64,000 nt of DNA from Chiloscyllium plagiosum (taxonomy: Eukaryota): NCBI RefSeq assembly GCF_004010195.1, contig NC_057718.1, positions 84,541,446 to 84,605,445 of the forward strand. Reading direction: 5' to 3'. Of the stretch, positions 1 through 13,154 are shown one piece after another; positions within the stretch are counted from its first letter, which is position 1, and the number at the start of each line of letters is the position of its first letter. A program made the translations under genes and the position numbers. The notes beneath the pieces were generated by a model that had not been told where the DNA came from, did not search any database, and was given only the letters and a program-made list of their open reading frames with translations.

Positions 1-968
1 CACCCTTTTTCCTCAAATTCTCCCTAAACGTCTTGCCTTTCACTTTAAAATTTTGCCTTTTTGTTATTGATCCTTTGACTAAGATCCTATTGACAATATA
101 CTTTCCTACATATCTTTATGGCTATAAAATTAGATGCATTGACCTCTACTTGCACCAATGATCTATTTATTACATTCCAAATACTGCATGTAGTCAAGTA
201 AAGAGCAATCAATTTTGCCTTTTATACTATTATTTCCTCTATTGACTCTTTTTGCTGCTGTTTTTTCTGTGTTTGCACAGACTATCCCTTTCTGTCTATG
301 TTTGTACTCTCTGTTCATTCCTTCAGGATTACCCTGAGATAAATATAAATATAGATAGATTGCACTTTGAGCAACTTTCACCCTGAAAGTCCTAAAATGT
401 CTGCAAAAATTCAATTGCGGGAGGGAGTGATAAATTGGAGAAAGGTTGGAAAGACAGAATCTCTTTCAAGCCTCTCCTCTTGTCAAAGACACCCATGAAT
501 GCTGCTCCAACTCCACCATTTATGGTTCCCACTGACCCTATTCCACCATGTACAAAGGATGGAATTTTCCCAGCTCCTGGACAACATTGACGATGACAAA
601 TCAGTTGGGAAAATATGGAGCGATCAGAAAAAAATGACGTTGAGAACAAAAGTCTGATTTTCACGGATGGGTGAGAATCTCCAAGTGAGTGGCAAGGGAT
701 CTATTTGTATGAATGATTACCTCATTGTTACCTAATCTCACCTCATTTATACGCAATTTGCTATTTTCCTCAGTTCTGGAGAGAAACTGGACCGTGACCC
801 TCCCTGATGTCAAAGTCAGAGAGAGTACCTTGCAGGCACCTTGTCTCAACCTTCGCTGAGATTCCCCAACATCTCAGGTCATTGGGCAGTGACCACCTGT
901 AAACTGTATCTTTGGAGACCAGCATCGGCAAAGCCTTTTAGCGTTGACAGATATTGAAGTCAATTACA

Positions 969-1071
969 ATCATAGAGTCATAAAGATACACCACATGGAA
1001 TCAGACCCTTTGGTCCAACTCATCAAAGCAGACCAGATATCCTAAACTAATCTAGCCCCATTGGCTAGCAC
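969..1071 (-). mobile_element. CR1 LINE 3' tail fragment
   Basis: ATCATAGAGTCATA...CAGACCCTTTGGTCCAAC...AGATATCCTAAACTAATCTAG is the reverse complement of the CR1 3' UTR seen in many copies in this window. Confidence 0.8.
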
Positions 1072-1250
1072 CTTTCATTAAGGCTTATGATCTCTCATAA
1101 TCTCAATATTGCATGGAACATCTTTCTTCAATTGCTTTCACCTATTCCCCCAAACTACCAAGCCTTCCTACTCTCCACTTCCTACTCACTCACTCAGGAC
1201 TCCACACCAACTTTCCTGACTGACTAAACCCCTGCCTGACCTTAGTGCTC

Positions 1251-1420
1251 AAAATGTGTTGCTGGAAAAGCGCAGCAAGTCAGGCAGCATCCAAGGAGCA
1301 GGAGAATCGACGTTTCAAGCATGAGCCCTTCTTCAGGATGCTGTCTGACCTGCTGCGATTTTCCAGCAACACATTTTCAGCTCTGATCTCCAGCATCTGC
1401 AGACCTCACTTTCTCCTAGG
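1251..1420 (-). mobile_element. Short PLE-terminus-derived insertion with hammerhead-like core and 14 bp TSD
   Basis: TSD TGACCTTAGTGCTC at 1237-1250 and 1421-1434; internal inverted arms; minus strand 1339-1306 reads AUC-CUGAAGA-A-GGGC-UCAU-GCUU-GAAAC-GUC-GAU. Confidence 0.8.
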
Positions 1421-1459
1421 TGACCTTAGTGCTCCTTGACTGATCATTGCTGGCAAGGG

Positions 1460-1714
1460 GAAAGACTTAAAAGGGGCAGATTTTTCTTGCAGATGGTGGC
1501 GTGTGTATGGAATGAGCTGCCAGAGAAAGTGGTGGAGGCTGGTACAATTACAATGTTTAAAAGGCATCTGAATGGGTATATGCCTAGGAAGGGTTTAGAG
1601 GGATATGGACCAAATGCTGGCCAATGGGACTAGATTAGCTTAGGATATCTGGTCTGCATGGATGAGTTGGACCAAAGGGTCTGATTCCATGCTGTGTGGC
1701 TCTCTGACTCTATG
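1460..1714 (+). mobile_element. CR1 LINE 3' end (ORF2 C-terminus plus 3' UTR)
   Basis: Encodes VWNELPEKVVEAGTITMFKRHLNGYM...GYGPNAGQWD, the same terminus as other CR1 copies here. Confidence 0.85.
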
Positions 1715-3504
1715 ATTGTAATTTACCTCAATATCTGTCAACGCAAAAGGCATAGTGGGGCTGAGATGCTGTGAACACCCAAGCAAGCGCTAAGTGGATG
1801 GTTCCAAAGAAAGCAAGCAAAGAGCCTTGAGGTGCACCCTATTCCAATATATGAGGGAAGTGTTGTCCCTGTACACAACACAGCCTAGCAGTAGCATTAC
1901 AATGAAAGGTGAGTCACAAGTGAATCCACAAAGCGGTCATTCTCGTGCTTTGCTGAGGCTGGTCTCCAAAGATACAGTTTACAGGTGGTCACTGCCCATG
2001 AAGCAGTGACCTGAGATGTTGGGGAATCTCAGCAGAGATTGAGAGAAGATGCCAGAAATGCAATAAGTATAAAGTAGCAGAGAGAAGGTGGTGACATTTA
2101 ACCTTATGGAGTGTAGTAGTTCATTAACCGTCTTTGCAGCATCACTGCATATTCCTTTGGATTGTGGAGATGGCTACTCCAGTCTGGGCCAGCAATGTTT
2201 GACTCAGCACACAACTGCGGTTTAAATATGGCGGCCACAACATAAATACAGGAAGACCCTGGTGAGTGCAGAATCGTATGAGAGCAGCACCATGCAGATG
2301 TGAGGTGAGCAGCATAAAATTGCTCACTCAGGCTCACAGAAGGAAACCCTCCAGGAAATTCCCCAAAGTTGATTTTTAGTAGATTTTTTTGGAAAATTCA
2401 GCTCAGAACCTGTCAAGGGCAGGAGCATGGGATCTGGTGATTAGAGGAGCTATTATGATCATTCCCACAGTAGGATACTGATTAAGGATGATCAGCCATG
2501 ATCATATTGAATGGTGGTGCAAGCTCGAAGGGCAAAATGGCCTACTCCTGCACCTATTGTCTATTGCCATGCAGAGCTGCTTTGCTTAACAGAAATCTAT
2601 CTGTCTCACATTTAAAATTAACAACTGATCCACCACTACCATTTGTGGAAGGGAGTTCCAAACATATATCACTCTTTGTGTAGAAGTGCTTTCTAACATC
2701 ACTCCTGAATGGTCTGTAAAGTATCATTTAATAACAGAGTTAGTGAGAATGAAAAGGTGTCCCTTTAAAATCAAGACGTAATCCAAATGACAAAATCTCA
2801 AGAGAAATCCTCAAAAAAAAGTATTTCTATCCTTTGTGGGTCAGCAATTATGAAAACTCTGTCCCCATTCTGAATAAATTATAATTCTTTATTTTCAAAG
2901 ATTTAGCTTTGATTTGCCCTTACCACCTCTCCAACAGGGAATGCCTCAACTACTGCTCACATCTTGGTGGTTTAATCACTTCTCTGTGCCTGAGTTTCCA
3001 AGAAATTTCCACTCCTTTGAATGCTCCCAAGCTTCTGTTTATTTCAGCTTTATCACCAGCTAATTTCTCTGAGCTGTCTCTGACTGCATCAAACAAACAG
3101 TGCTTGTGGGCTTCCTTTAGCTGACTCTCAGCTGCACTATATTACCAATAACTGCCAGACCTTTATTTTTGTCCTAACCTTCTTCCATGACATGGAGCCA
3201 TCATTCCTTGGGGCTTGTCCTGAGTCTTAACTGCCTAGATTAGCATCTCTTTGGCTTTGGCACTCCGAGCTCCAAATTACAATAATTACAATTCCCAGCA
3301 AATACACGGCCAGAGAATTCAAAATTTGAGAACCTTCTAAGTTCCACCATCTCCATTATGATGGAGATTGCTCTGAGCTATCCTTAACCTGACTTTAAGG
3401 TTCAGTATCCCTCATTTATAATTCATTATTTATCTGATTATGTAAATGTGTTTTACACCCTTGCAGGGCTCACTGAACGTTTTAACTGACTTGGGTTTAA
3501 CTCC

Positions 3505-4090
3505 TGAATATAGGAGTTGGAATGTCATGTTGAGGTAGTACAGGATGTTGGTGAGGCCTCTTCTGGAGTGCTGTGTTCAATTCTGGTCTTCCTGTTAAAC
3601 AAGGGAGATTATCAAGCTGGAGAGGATTCAGAAAAGATTTACCAGGATGTTGTGAAGAATGAAAGGTTTGCCTTATAGGGAGAGGCTGGGTAGGCTGAGA
3701 TTTTTCTCACTGGAGCATAGGAAGTTGAGGGGTGACCTTACAGAGGTTTATAAAATAATGAGGGATATAGATAAGGTGAATGGCAGGTTTCTTTTACAAG
3801 AGGATTTCAAGAGTAGGGAGAATATGTTTAAAGTGAGAGGAGAAAGATTTTAAAAAGACATGAGAGGCATTTTTTTTTTACCCAGACAGTGGATTCATGT
3901 GTGGAATGAACTTCTGGAAGAATGTTGGATGTGTACAGTTACAATGTTTAAAAGACATTTGGATTAGGTACATGTATAAGAAATGTTTGGAGGGATATAG
4001 ACCAAATGGGATTAGTTTAGTTTGGGATTATATTTGGCATGGACTAGTTGGACTAAAAGGTCTGTTTCTGTGCCTAATGACACAATGACT
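3505..4090 (+). mobile_element. CR1 LINE 3' fragment, decayed
   Basis: ORF 3659-3853 reads YRERLGRLRFFSLEHRKLRGDLTEVYKIM; a CR1 3' UTR follows. Confidence 0.85.
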
Positions 4091-4107
4091 CCTGAAACAT
4101 CCAAGTG

Positions 4108-4423
4108 GGAGATGATGATAATGTGGTGGTAATTTTACTGGGCAAGGAATGTGGAGGCCCAGACTAATACACTAGGGTCATGGGTTCAAATCCCATTGCA
4201 TCAGTTGATGGGAATTAAATTCAAAGTAATAAGAATCTGGAGTTGAACCATCATTAATTTTCATAACAAAAAGCATCTGATTCACTAATGCTCTTTATGG
4301 AAGAAAATCTGCCATATTTACCCGATCTGTCCTAGATGTGGTGTGCCAGTCATTAAGTTCAGAATAGGAAACAAATGCTGACCTTGCTGACTGCTCCCAT
4401 AGCCCATAAAAGAGTAAATAAAA
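4108..4423 (+). mobile_element. Old SINE with LINE-like 3' tail
   Basis: Degenerate tRNA-like head with B-box GGGTTCAAATCCC (4182-4194); A-rich tail resembles the 3' end at 13600-13670. Confidence 0.55.
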
Positions 4424-4872
4424 TGTAACAATCTGGACTGTCATTATTGTAAGCAATGATGACAATACATCAGTAGCTCCATTAACAAGCCGACCTGCTG
4501 TTTCTGATCCTATCTTTCTAGTTGTTAGCTTATAAAGACTCAGGAAGCCTTTAGAAAATAGGGAAAGTATAAGGAAGAATGTATAATACAGTGTTTGGTA
4601 ATGACCTGGGATTTGCTGACCAAAAAGATGATGAAGTGGAAAATGCTTTCAAAAGAAAATTGGTTGGCACTTAAAGGAGGCAAACCAGCAGGGATTGAGA
4701 CTGACTGGATTGCTCTACATGGGGCAAACATATATTTGATGGACTGGATCGCTTCCCTTCAGTTCTGTAAATTACTCCACCCAATAGAAAGGCTTGTCTT
4801 GGACTAGCTCCCTACTATGTTGCCATCTCTTTTGTTTCTGAATATTCATGATCTGTTGTTGGTATTTTGCAT

Positions 4873-4978
4873 CAACCCATTCAAGGATGTTACGATACAC
4901 CTCTGGAAACAGGTGAACCTTGAGCTCAGCCCTCCTGGCTCAGAGGTAGAGACATTACCACATTACCACAAGAGCTCT
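4873..4978 (-). mobile_element. Short tRNA-derived SINE (same family as 29040-29147 and 41143-41250)
   Basis: Shared motif TCAGAGGTAGRGACATTA and mutual similarity of the three copies. Confidence 0.55.
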
Positions 4979-6106
4979 TCTGATCTATTGTATAAGTCAT
5001 GAGGCCCCACTAAATACTACATTGGCTCCTCAGGAGCTGATGGAAAGTTTGTTTAACAAGATCAGTTATCTAAACCAGGCAGCTTGCCTGCTCACACCCC
5101 ATGTAAAATCACCAACGGTCAGAAAGATAACAATATTACTATGGCTGTAAGGTGACTAATTTTTGTGCTCGCCTATCCCCATACAATGCTAAATGGGATG
5201 ACTGTGTTTGATAAATTCTGCATTCTTTGTTTCTTTCACTGTGCTTGAACAATACAATATTTCACTTTTCAGAAGTGTATTAACATGAGATGAGATAAAA
5301 TTCAATAACCATTTCTTCATCCGCACATGACTACGACACAAAAATCGATGTGTGCTTACTTTGGATGATGTTGCAATGGGATTGTTAGATTGTACTTGTT
5401 TTGTTATGTACAGATAATGCTAAACAACAGCACAAAGTTACATTTTAAACAAATAGAGCACAGCTTTTTTATACTTGCAATATGTTCCATAAGGTTAGGA
5501 AACTCAGCAGAAATTGGTAAGACTGGGGATTCTTCAACGCAGATATCAGGGTTCAGTGAATCATGGCATATATGATTTATAGAAATGAACTCCATTCAGA
5601 ATAAAACAAATTCAAGAAGAGCACGTTTAAAGTGCTACCCCTCTATAATTAAATACTACAGACTGTTATTGTTGCTGTCTCCAGTAGGAGTGGGAATGTG
5701 AGGGTGGTCAGGCATTGTTCTCTTGGGGCACCTCACTGAGAATGCTGCACTCAAACACATGCATTCAATCTGGGGGGCAAAACATTGGGATTGATGTAGA
5801 GATAAGACCGTCTCATTAAATCAGCTTCTGTCAAAAATTCCTCACTGCGCACATTCGTAAGGATGGGATTGGAGAAGGGACTGAGTCAGTGTTGAGCTAA
5901 AAGTAGGATTCTTACAGTGATTGGGTGTGGGTTACAGAAGATTCTGCTTGGAGTGTGGTCTGCCTACGCTGCTATTTGAGATTTCAGTATAACATCTCTC
6001 ACATGTTCTTGCACCATATCCTTTCTTTCTAGAGTTCTGTTGTAAATATCTTTTTTTTGCTTCCTCCTGAGGGGTGTTTTATTTTCTGTTTTAGAGAAAA
6101 AAGAAA

Positions 6107-6432
6107 GTGGGCGGCACGGTGGCACAGTGGTTAGCACTGCTGCCTCACAGTGCCAGAGACCCGGGTTCAATTCCCGCCTCAGGCGACTGTCTGTGTGGAG
6201 TTTGCACATTCTCCCCGTGTCTGTGTGGGTTTCCTCCGGGTGCTCCGGTTTTCTCCCACAGTCCAAAGATGTGCAGGGTCAGGTGAATTGGCCATGCTAA
6301 ATTGTCTGTAGTGTTAGGTAAGGGGTAAATGTAGGGGTATGGGTGTTTTGCGCTTCGGCGGGTCGGTGTGGACTTGTTGGGCCGAAGGGCCTGTTTCCAC
6401 ACTGTAAAGTAATCTAATCTAACCTAAAAAAA
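6107..6432 (+). mobile_element. Full-length tRNA-derived V-SINE (HE1-type)
   Basis: A-box GGCACAGTGGTTAGC, B-box GGGTTCAATTCCC, central GTGGAGTTTGCACATTCTCCCCGTG domain, CR1-like tail GGGCCGAAGGGCCTGTTTCC and (AATCT)n end. Confidence 0.9.
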
Positions 6433-7727
6433 CATTCAAGTCACTGGCCTCAAGAACCAGGGCAGGATACACCAACTGATACACCAGCTGACCTGATGAA
6501 GAGGAACTAAAAGTGATCGAACAAGTAAGAATAATGTTTGTAGTTCCGCTTTTTGTTTGCATTTGTTTCTTTAAATTGACCATTGTGAAGTCTGACGAGA
6601 ATAAATTGTACCATTGAAGTTTGACCATAAGTGCATTTGAATAACTTTGTTCAATCCTCAAATTACTCTGATTCAAGTTGGAGCACTGACATTTTCAGCA
6701 AAGCCTGAACTATCTTTTGAATAAAAGGCCTTTCAAGCTATTACTGCTGACGTTGGCAACATTGGAGAAAAATATTGCTGCTCTCTATGGCTATTACTGT
6801 GTCCTTTAAGAGCAGCTTTCTGGTTAACAGTTCTTCGCACACTACAGCTACTTACACAACACTGGGAGCAGCTGCAGAGAATACACACTTTTTACAAGTT
6901 AAATGTAATAACATTGAAAACTGTGATAGAATGCTATGTGATAAACCACTGGGCTTTAAAATCCTAATAAGAGTTTCTGTATTGAAATCTGAGCTCTTCT
7001 CTTGCTAAACTAAACAAGGCAATTCTCTGTTTCTTTTATTAAATTAAAAATAACTTTAAAAAAAAGTTGGACAATTACAATTTAACATCAAGTCTTGTTG
7101 ATTTTTTAAAGAATGTTGATAAATTTTGAGGAATCCGAAGATCTGTCTGGTAATCACTGCCAACTGCAATGCCATATACGGTAGTGACTGTCATTTGATA
7201 TATTCAGATATAAATGTTTTATTTTCACTGGTGTGTTATGGCACCATGTAAAAAGGTGATAGTGGCTAGATAAATGTGTTATTTAAAGAAAACCTAAAAC
7301 AACTTCAGTAATTATGATTGGGTGTGCCATGATACATTGAGAATTTTATTTCTTATATTTTAAAATTGAGTGTGCAAGGATATGCATATTTACAAATGCC
7401 TTGGGTTATTTTAAGAGCAAGTGAACCTCCTTGCTACTGCAGTCAGCATTATATCCTTCAGAGTGCAGATGTACTAAGTTTAGAGTTTCATTTACCTTTG
7501 CCCTTCACTTGGATATCTTCTCCTCATCATAAAGCTTAGCAATTTGACCATCGGCCTCTAAAATAGTTATGTCCATATAAATCACATCATAGCAAAACTT
7601 TGATTTAAACTTAAATGTGTTTTTAAATGCATCATAACTAAACACTCTAAACTATCCAATCCATGAATCTATTGTTTGGAAACAGCAGTTAAACACAACC
7701 TTTTGAGCAAATCCAACTGTCACATTG

Positions 7728-8185
7728 AATGAATGAATTAGCTTTATTGTCACATGTACTCAAATGAGCACAGTGAAAGGTTTATAAGTCTCCACTTACA
7801 GCATCATCTCAAAAAGGTATCCAGGCACAATCCTTAGTTACAGAATAGGGAAATGAAAAAACGAAAGTTACCTTACAGCTATATACAGTATAACCATAGG
7901 TCAGAAAAACATAAAGTTAAAAAGACAAACATCACAGTCTCTTTCCAAAGGCTCTCGGCAGCAGTCCAACATAGGGGGCCTCCATGCGGTCTGACTGCTG
8001 GCTGCCAACGCACTCTGCACTGGATCACTGGTCGCCGACATCCCCTCTCTGGCTGCTGGTGGCTGGCATCCCTGTTCCAACTGCTGGTATTATCTGCTGA
8101 CTAAACTTCAAAGACCGGCTCCAGGAATCTAAGGCTGAGAGAAGGGAGAGAAGAGCAATCTAAAACAGAATTTTGGAAGCATGGA
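7728..8185 (-). mobile_element. Non-autonomous retroelement with Rex1/Babar-like 3' tail
   Basis: TTTATTGTCACATGTACT...ACAGTGAAA resembles the tails at 17602 and 27370, followed by an A-rich and then a GC-rich body. Confidence 0.45.
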
Positions 8186-9124
8186 CATTAAGTACTTGGA
8201 TAAGTAAAACATATTTTGTTACTGTTTTATCATTGTTTTATACTGAGTAGATATAGTGTTTTCCAGTTGGTTAGGGACTGTAACATCAGTCAACAGTCCA
8301 AAGGTAATGGCAAGTGACAGCCTTAAGACACTTTTCAACTGTCTCCTCACATTCACCCTGAGATGTGACTTCAAGTGGAAGCTGATGAAGGTGTCACTAT
8401 GGAGCTCATGATGCTCACATTTCCTTGCCAACCCTGCCAGAAAGTTATCCGGTGAAGACTAGAACTAAAGCTTGTTTTTATACACATTTATAAGTTTTTA
8501 TGTTCAATTACACATTACAGCAAGCCTCCTAACCCCAGTAAAAGTCAATGACTTTCTACCAGTTATTCAGATTCACAGTTATAGCACTGTGCATGAGCCC
8601 AGAGACTGGTAAAGGCATCTGCAGGACAAGCATTAATTAATAGAATGTTATTATGATCAGTTCCTGGATGAGGTTCCCAATTTACAGAATATTCCCAATT
8701 GCTAAATTCTTGGGTGTGATGGATGCATTGTAGATATTTAAGGTGTTATTTCAAAATACATAGAATAAACTGGAAGAAAATTCCAAAGAGAGGAGCCACC
8801 AACTGTGGTTAGCTAAACAATTTAAAGAAAGTATCCAATTTAAGAAAAAGCATATGATTGTACAAACATAAGTAACGGTCAGAAGATTGGACTGAATATA
8901 ATTAAGAGCAAAGAATGACGTAAAGAGTAACAAGGGGGGAAATTAGAGTACAAGAGAAAGCTAAATTGAATATAAAAACAGAAATTTAGTTTTTATCAAA
9001 AATATAGTTTCGATAGATGTTTGAAAAAAAATTAAGTGAGCATTGAATAGTGGTAAGGAAAAGCTGAGGAACTATAGTGTTAGGTAAGGTGTTGGAGGGC
9101 ATTCTGAGGGACAGGAGTTACATG

Positions 9125-9251
9125 ATTAGATTACTTACAGTGTGGAAGCAGGCCTTTCGGCCCAACAAGTCCACACCAACCATCTGAAGGGCAACTCACC
9201 CAGACCCATTCCCCGACATGTACCCCTTCACCTAACCCTACGGGCAATTTA
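9125..9251 (-). mobile_element. HE1-type SINE 3' fragment
   Basis: Reverse complement of the tail of the SINE at 6107-6432. Confidence 0.8.
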
Positions 9252-10130
9252 GCGAAGAAGGTTACTTCAGATTACAACAGGATCTTGACCAGATGGGTCA
9301 ATGGGCTGAGAAGTGGCAGATGGGGTTTAATTCAGATAAATGCAAGGTGCTGCATTTTGGGAACGCAAATCTTAGCAGGACTTATACACTTAATGGTAAG
9401 GTCCTGGGGACTGTTGCTGAACAAAGAGAGCTTGGAGTGCAAGATAGCTCCTTGAAAGTGGAGTCACAGGTAGATAGGATAGTGAAGAAGGTGTTTAGTA
9501 TGCTTTCTTTTATTGATCAGGGTATTGAGTACAGGAGTTGGGAGGTCATGTTGCGGCTGTACAGGACATTGGTTAGGCCACTGTCGGAATATTGTGTGCA
9601 ATTCTGGTTTCCTTTCTATTGGAAAGATGTTGTGAAACTTGAAAGGGTTCAGGAAAGATTTACAAGGATGTTGCCAGGGTTGGAGGATTTGAGCTATGGG
9701 GAGAAGCTGAACAGGCTGGGGCTGTTTTCCCTGGAACATCGGAGGTTGAGGGTTGACCTTATAGAGGTTTACAAAATCATGAGAGGCATGGATAAGATAA
9801 ATAGACAAAGTGTTTTCCCTGGAGTGGGGGAGTCCAGAACTAGAGGGCATAGGGTTAGGGTGAGAGGGGAAAGATATAAAAGAGACCTAAGGGGCAACTT
9901 TTTCACGCAGAGGGTGGTACATGTATGGAATGAGCTGCCACAGGAAGTGGTGGAGGCTGGTACGATTGCAACATTTAAAAGCCATTTGGATAGGTATATG
10001 AATAGGCAGGGGTTGGAGGGATATGGGCCGTGTGCTGGCAGGTGGGACTAGATTGGGTTTGGATATCTTGTTGGCATGGACGGGTTGGACCGAAGGGTCT
10101 GTTTCCATGCTGTACGTCTTTATGACGCTA
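9252..10130 (+). mobile_element. 5'-truncated CR1 LINE with open 252 aa C-terminal ORF2 remnant (9293-10051)
   Basis: WAEKWQMGFNSDKCKVLHFG, LYRTLVRPLSEYCVQFW and VWNELPQEVVEA are typical of the CR1 RT C-terminal region; 3' UTR follows. Confidence 0.92.
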
Positions 10131-12009
10131 CAATAACAGGTACTCTGTATCAGTTTTCATTATAAATAGTAAGGGTCACATCCCAGATATAGCTGTGATT
10201 CAGGAAATATAAATTAGGGAGGAACTCAAGATTAGTTCAATAACAAAAGAAGGGGTAATAAGCAAATTATTGATACTTTTGGTTGACTAGTCTTCAGATT
10301 CTGATAGATTTCATCCTATGGTATTGAAAGAAGTTGCTATTGTGATTGTTGATTTCAATTTTACAGAATTCCTTGGTTTCAGGGAAGGTCCCATTATATT
10401 GGGAAATAGTGAATAGAACTCATTTACACACAAAAGGGTGGAGACATAAAGCAGGAAACTACAGACCAGTTATTTCAACATGTGTCATATATGATCAAAG
10501 AAATTATTAAAGATATTACAACAGGGTGCTTAGAAAAATTCAAGATTATCAGGCAAAGTCAACATAATCTTTGGAAGTGAAAGTATATCTGGCCAATTTC
10601 TTGGAGTTCTTTAAAATGTGTGTTGTGGATAAAGGTGAACTGGTGGATGTACTATACGTAGATTTCCAGAATATATTTGATTAGGTATCACATGAAAAGG
10701 TATTGTGAAAAACAAAAAGCAGAGGTAAGATATTGGCATGGATTGAAGATTGGCTAGCTAACAGAAAATAACAGGCATATAGGTCATCTTCTGGTTGGTA
10801 AGATGTAACAAGTGATATGTCACAGTGATCAGTGCTGGGCCTCAACTTCTTACAAAATGTATAATCTACAATATATACAAATGTACAGATAAACAGACTG
10901 AAGATATGGTCACTAAGTTTGTGATAACACCAAGATAGATAAGAAAATAATTTGTGATGAGGATATAGGGAGAGTAGAAAGCGATATAGATAGATTAAGT
11001 GAGTGGGCAAACATCAATCAATTGATTTGTAATGTGGGAAAATGTAAAATTGTTTATTTGGCAGGAAGAAAGAAAAGAAGCACATTTACTGAATGCTGAG
11101 AGATTGTAGAATTCTAAGATGCAAAGTGATCCGGGTGTCCTAATGCATGAATTGTAAAAGATTAGTGTAAAGGAACAGCAAGCAATTAGGAAAATTAACG
11201 TAATGTTCCTGATAATTGTGAGGGCAATTTAATGCAAAAGTAGGGAGGTTATGCTTCAATTATGCAGGGCACATCTGGGGTTGTGGGTGCAGCACTGATC
11301 TTATTTAAAGATGAATATTTATGCTTTGAAAGTATTTCAGAGAAGGTTTACTAAACTAATGCCTGGAATTGATCCTGAGAAGTCTCGATAGAATCGATGT
11401 GGAAAGGATTTCCCCTCTCGTGAAATAATCCTGAACTAGGGCTCACTGTTTAAAAATAAGAGATTGTCCATTTAAGATGGACAGATGTTTCAGAGGGTCA
11501 TGTGTCTTTGAAACTACCTTCTTCAAAAGACAGTTAAAGCAGAGCCTTTGAATATATTTAAGACTAAGGTAGCGAGGTAGATAAGCAAGAAGGAGCAATG
11601 TTATCACGGTAGGCAGGAATGTGGATTATGGTCATACTGAATGGCAGAGAGGCTTGAGGGGCCAGGGGGCTTAAATGCTGTTCCTAATTTATATGCTCGT
11701 TTGTCAATTAAGAAGCATCCACATGTAAACCAAGACTGACAACTGTTTTTCAAGGTTTACTATCTGGAAAATTCCTGTCTTCTTTTCCTGTCCCCAGAAG
11801 GATAATCTTGCCTTATCTTGACCCAAATGTCTGAGTTTAATATGCTTCCCTTGGATTCCAAGAAATTGTTGTTGATTGAACGTGGCACGGTTCCTTAGGG
11901 TGTTCCATTCAACGCTTACTTTTGGCTCTCCCACCTTCCCTTAACCAACCTCCTATGCAGACACAGGTATTACTTTGAATCCCATTATTTTAGGTTTCAG
12001 TAACTATCT

Positions 12010-12252
12010 TTAACAAGAAACATGAAATAACTCCACACAGACTGGTATCCTGCAATCAAATCACGCTTTATTGACACATGGGTAGTACATGATCTAAATA
12101 GATCAGAGCCAGCTCCTAGAGTAAGCAGGACCTCTGACACTCCTATTTATGTCTGTCAGCCAGGACTCCCTGATTGGACCAGATGAACAGCCCCAATCAG
12201 GAAACTCATTTTCTATGACATCTACCTGGCTGACCTCAATACAATCACTACA
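12010..12252 (-). mobile_element. Solo-LTR-like element
   Basis: On the minus strand CCAAT (12173-12177), a TATA-like motif (~12144-12149) and AATAAA (12067-12072) occur in LTR order; + strand end ...CTACA. No clear TSD. Confidence 0.45.
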
Positions 12253-12277
12253 AAGCCTTATTACAAAGTAGTATAAT

Positions 12278-12662
12278 GATATAGTGCCCTTTATAACACA
12301 AAATGTTCCAAAGTCCTTGGCAGCCAATGAATTGTTTTTGATATGTTATAGTGTGGGAAACATGGCAGCCTATTTACACACAGAAAACAAACTCAAAATG
12401 CAACAGCAAGCTAAGATGTTTAAGTGCCGTAAGTTGAGGATATATTGTCCAGGACATCAAGAACTTCCATCTCCTTCTCAAAATAGTTCAATGAATCTTT
12501 TGCTTGCATCCAAGAGCAATTAGGTTTAACCTCTGAAAGGAGAGGTGTCTCTAAGTACTGGAGCATCATATTCAAATGATGGGCTAAAGTCTCCATAGTG
12601 GGGTAGAAACTCACAACATCCTTATTCAATGCAAGAAATGTTACCACAAAGCCACTGTTGAC
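12278..12662 (-). mobile_element. Ancient DeuSINE/SacSINE-like SINE, decayed
   Basis: Degenerate tRNA-like head at the right end; conserved-domain-like GGAAACATGGCAGCC and CAGCCAATGAA; ATATAGTGCCCTT tail at the left. Confidence 0.5.
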
Positions 12663-13154
12663 AAAGTTTTCTCAGAGTTTGAATGTTCCTTATCATATGG
12701 CCTTCCATTTCCTCATTTCTTCAGAAATGTTGAATAGATTTCTCAAAATCACATCCTTCTATCTGGTAAATAATAGATTACTTTTATGCAATAAATCCTA
12801 AGTTTGTGTCAGAGAATTATTTACGTTATTTTCTTATATCTTGATGTTAGATTGATATGTATGAATTCACTTTTTTTAAGCACTGTTTGTTAGCTTTTTA
12901 TAAATTTCTAGCTGGCCTAAAGTTTGGCTCCACAGGCTTGTGACATGCTAAAGTATTTTCCCCTTTTTCAGTGGTGTTATTTCAAAATGGATATCTTCAT
13001 AACTTTGCCCTTTTAGCACCTCCGCTGGGGAGCTATTGTATTAAAGGCCTATTTCTAACAATTGCTTTATACAAGCAAGTTAGAAGCGTGGAACTGGTGA
13101 ACTTGCACATGGACATAAACTATAAAGACATCCATAACCTAGACAGTGGTGGAG

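Larger units (their letters stand above)
557..2404. mobile_element. Possible old non-autonomous DNA transposon (MITE-like) with nested insertions
   Basis: GAATTTTCC (562-570) and its reverse complement GGAAAATTC (2391-2399) bracket an internal ~100 bp inverted repeat pair (835-934 / 1947-2053). No TSD recognised. Confidence 0.35.
8745..11700 (+). mobile_element. Old, highly decayed CR1-type LINE ORF2 interrupted by a younger CR1/SINE insertion (9050-10130)
   Basis: Degenerate RT-region motifs (GCAGGAAACTACAGACCAGTTA, NYRPV-like; CAGTGCTGGGCCTCAAC, SVLGPQ-like; GTAGATTTCCAGAA) and a CR1-type 3' UTR near 11600-11700. Confidence 0.7.

Noticed and set aside
6107..6180. tRNA-like sequence (also at 20060 and 53810-53885)
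   Set aside because: It is the Pol III head of a SINE and continues into the V-domain and LINE-like tail; not a tRNA gene.
6493..6525. CTGATGA hammerhead-like heptamer
   Set aside because: No stem II followed by GAAA and no cleavage triplet in register.
9293..10051. 252 aa ORF as a host or domesticated gene
   Set aside because: 5'-truncated CR1 ORF2 remnant, closely similar to other broken copies in the window.
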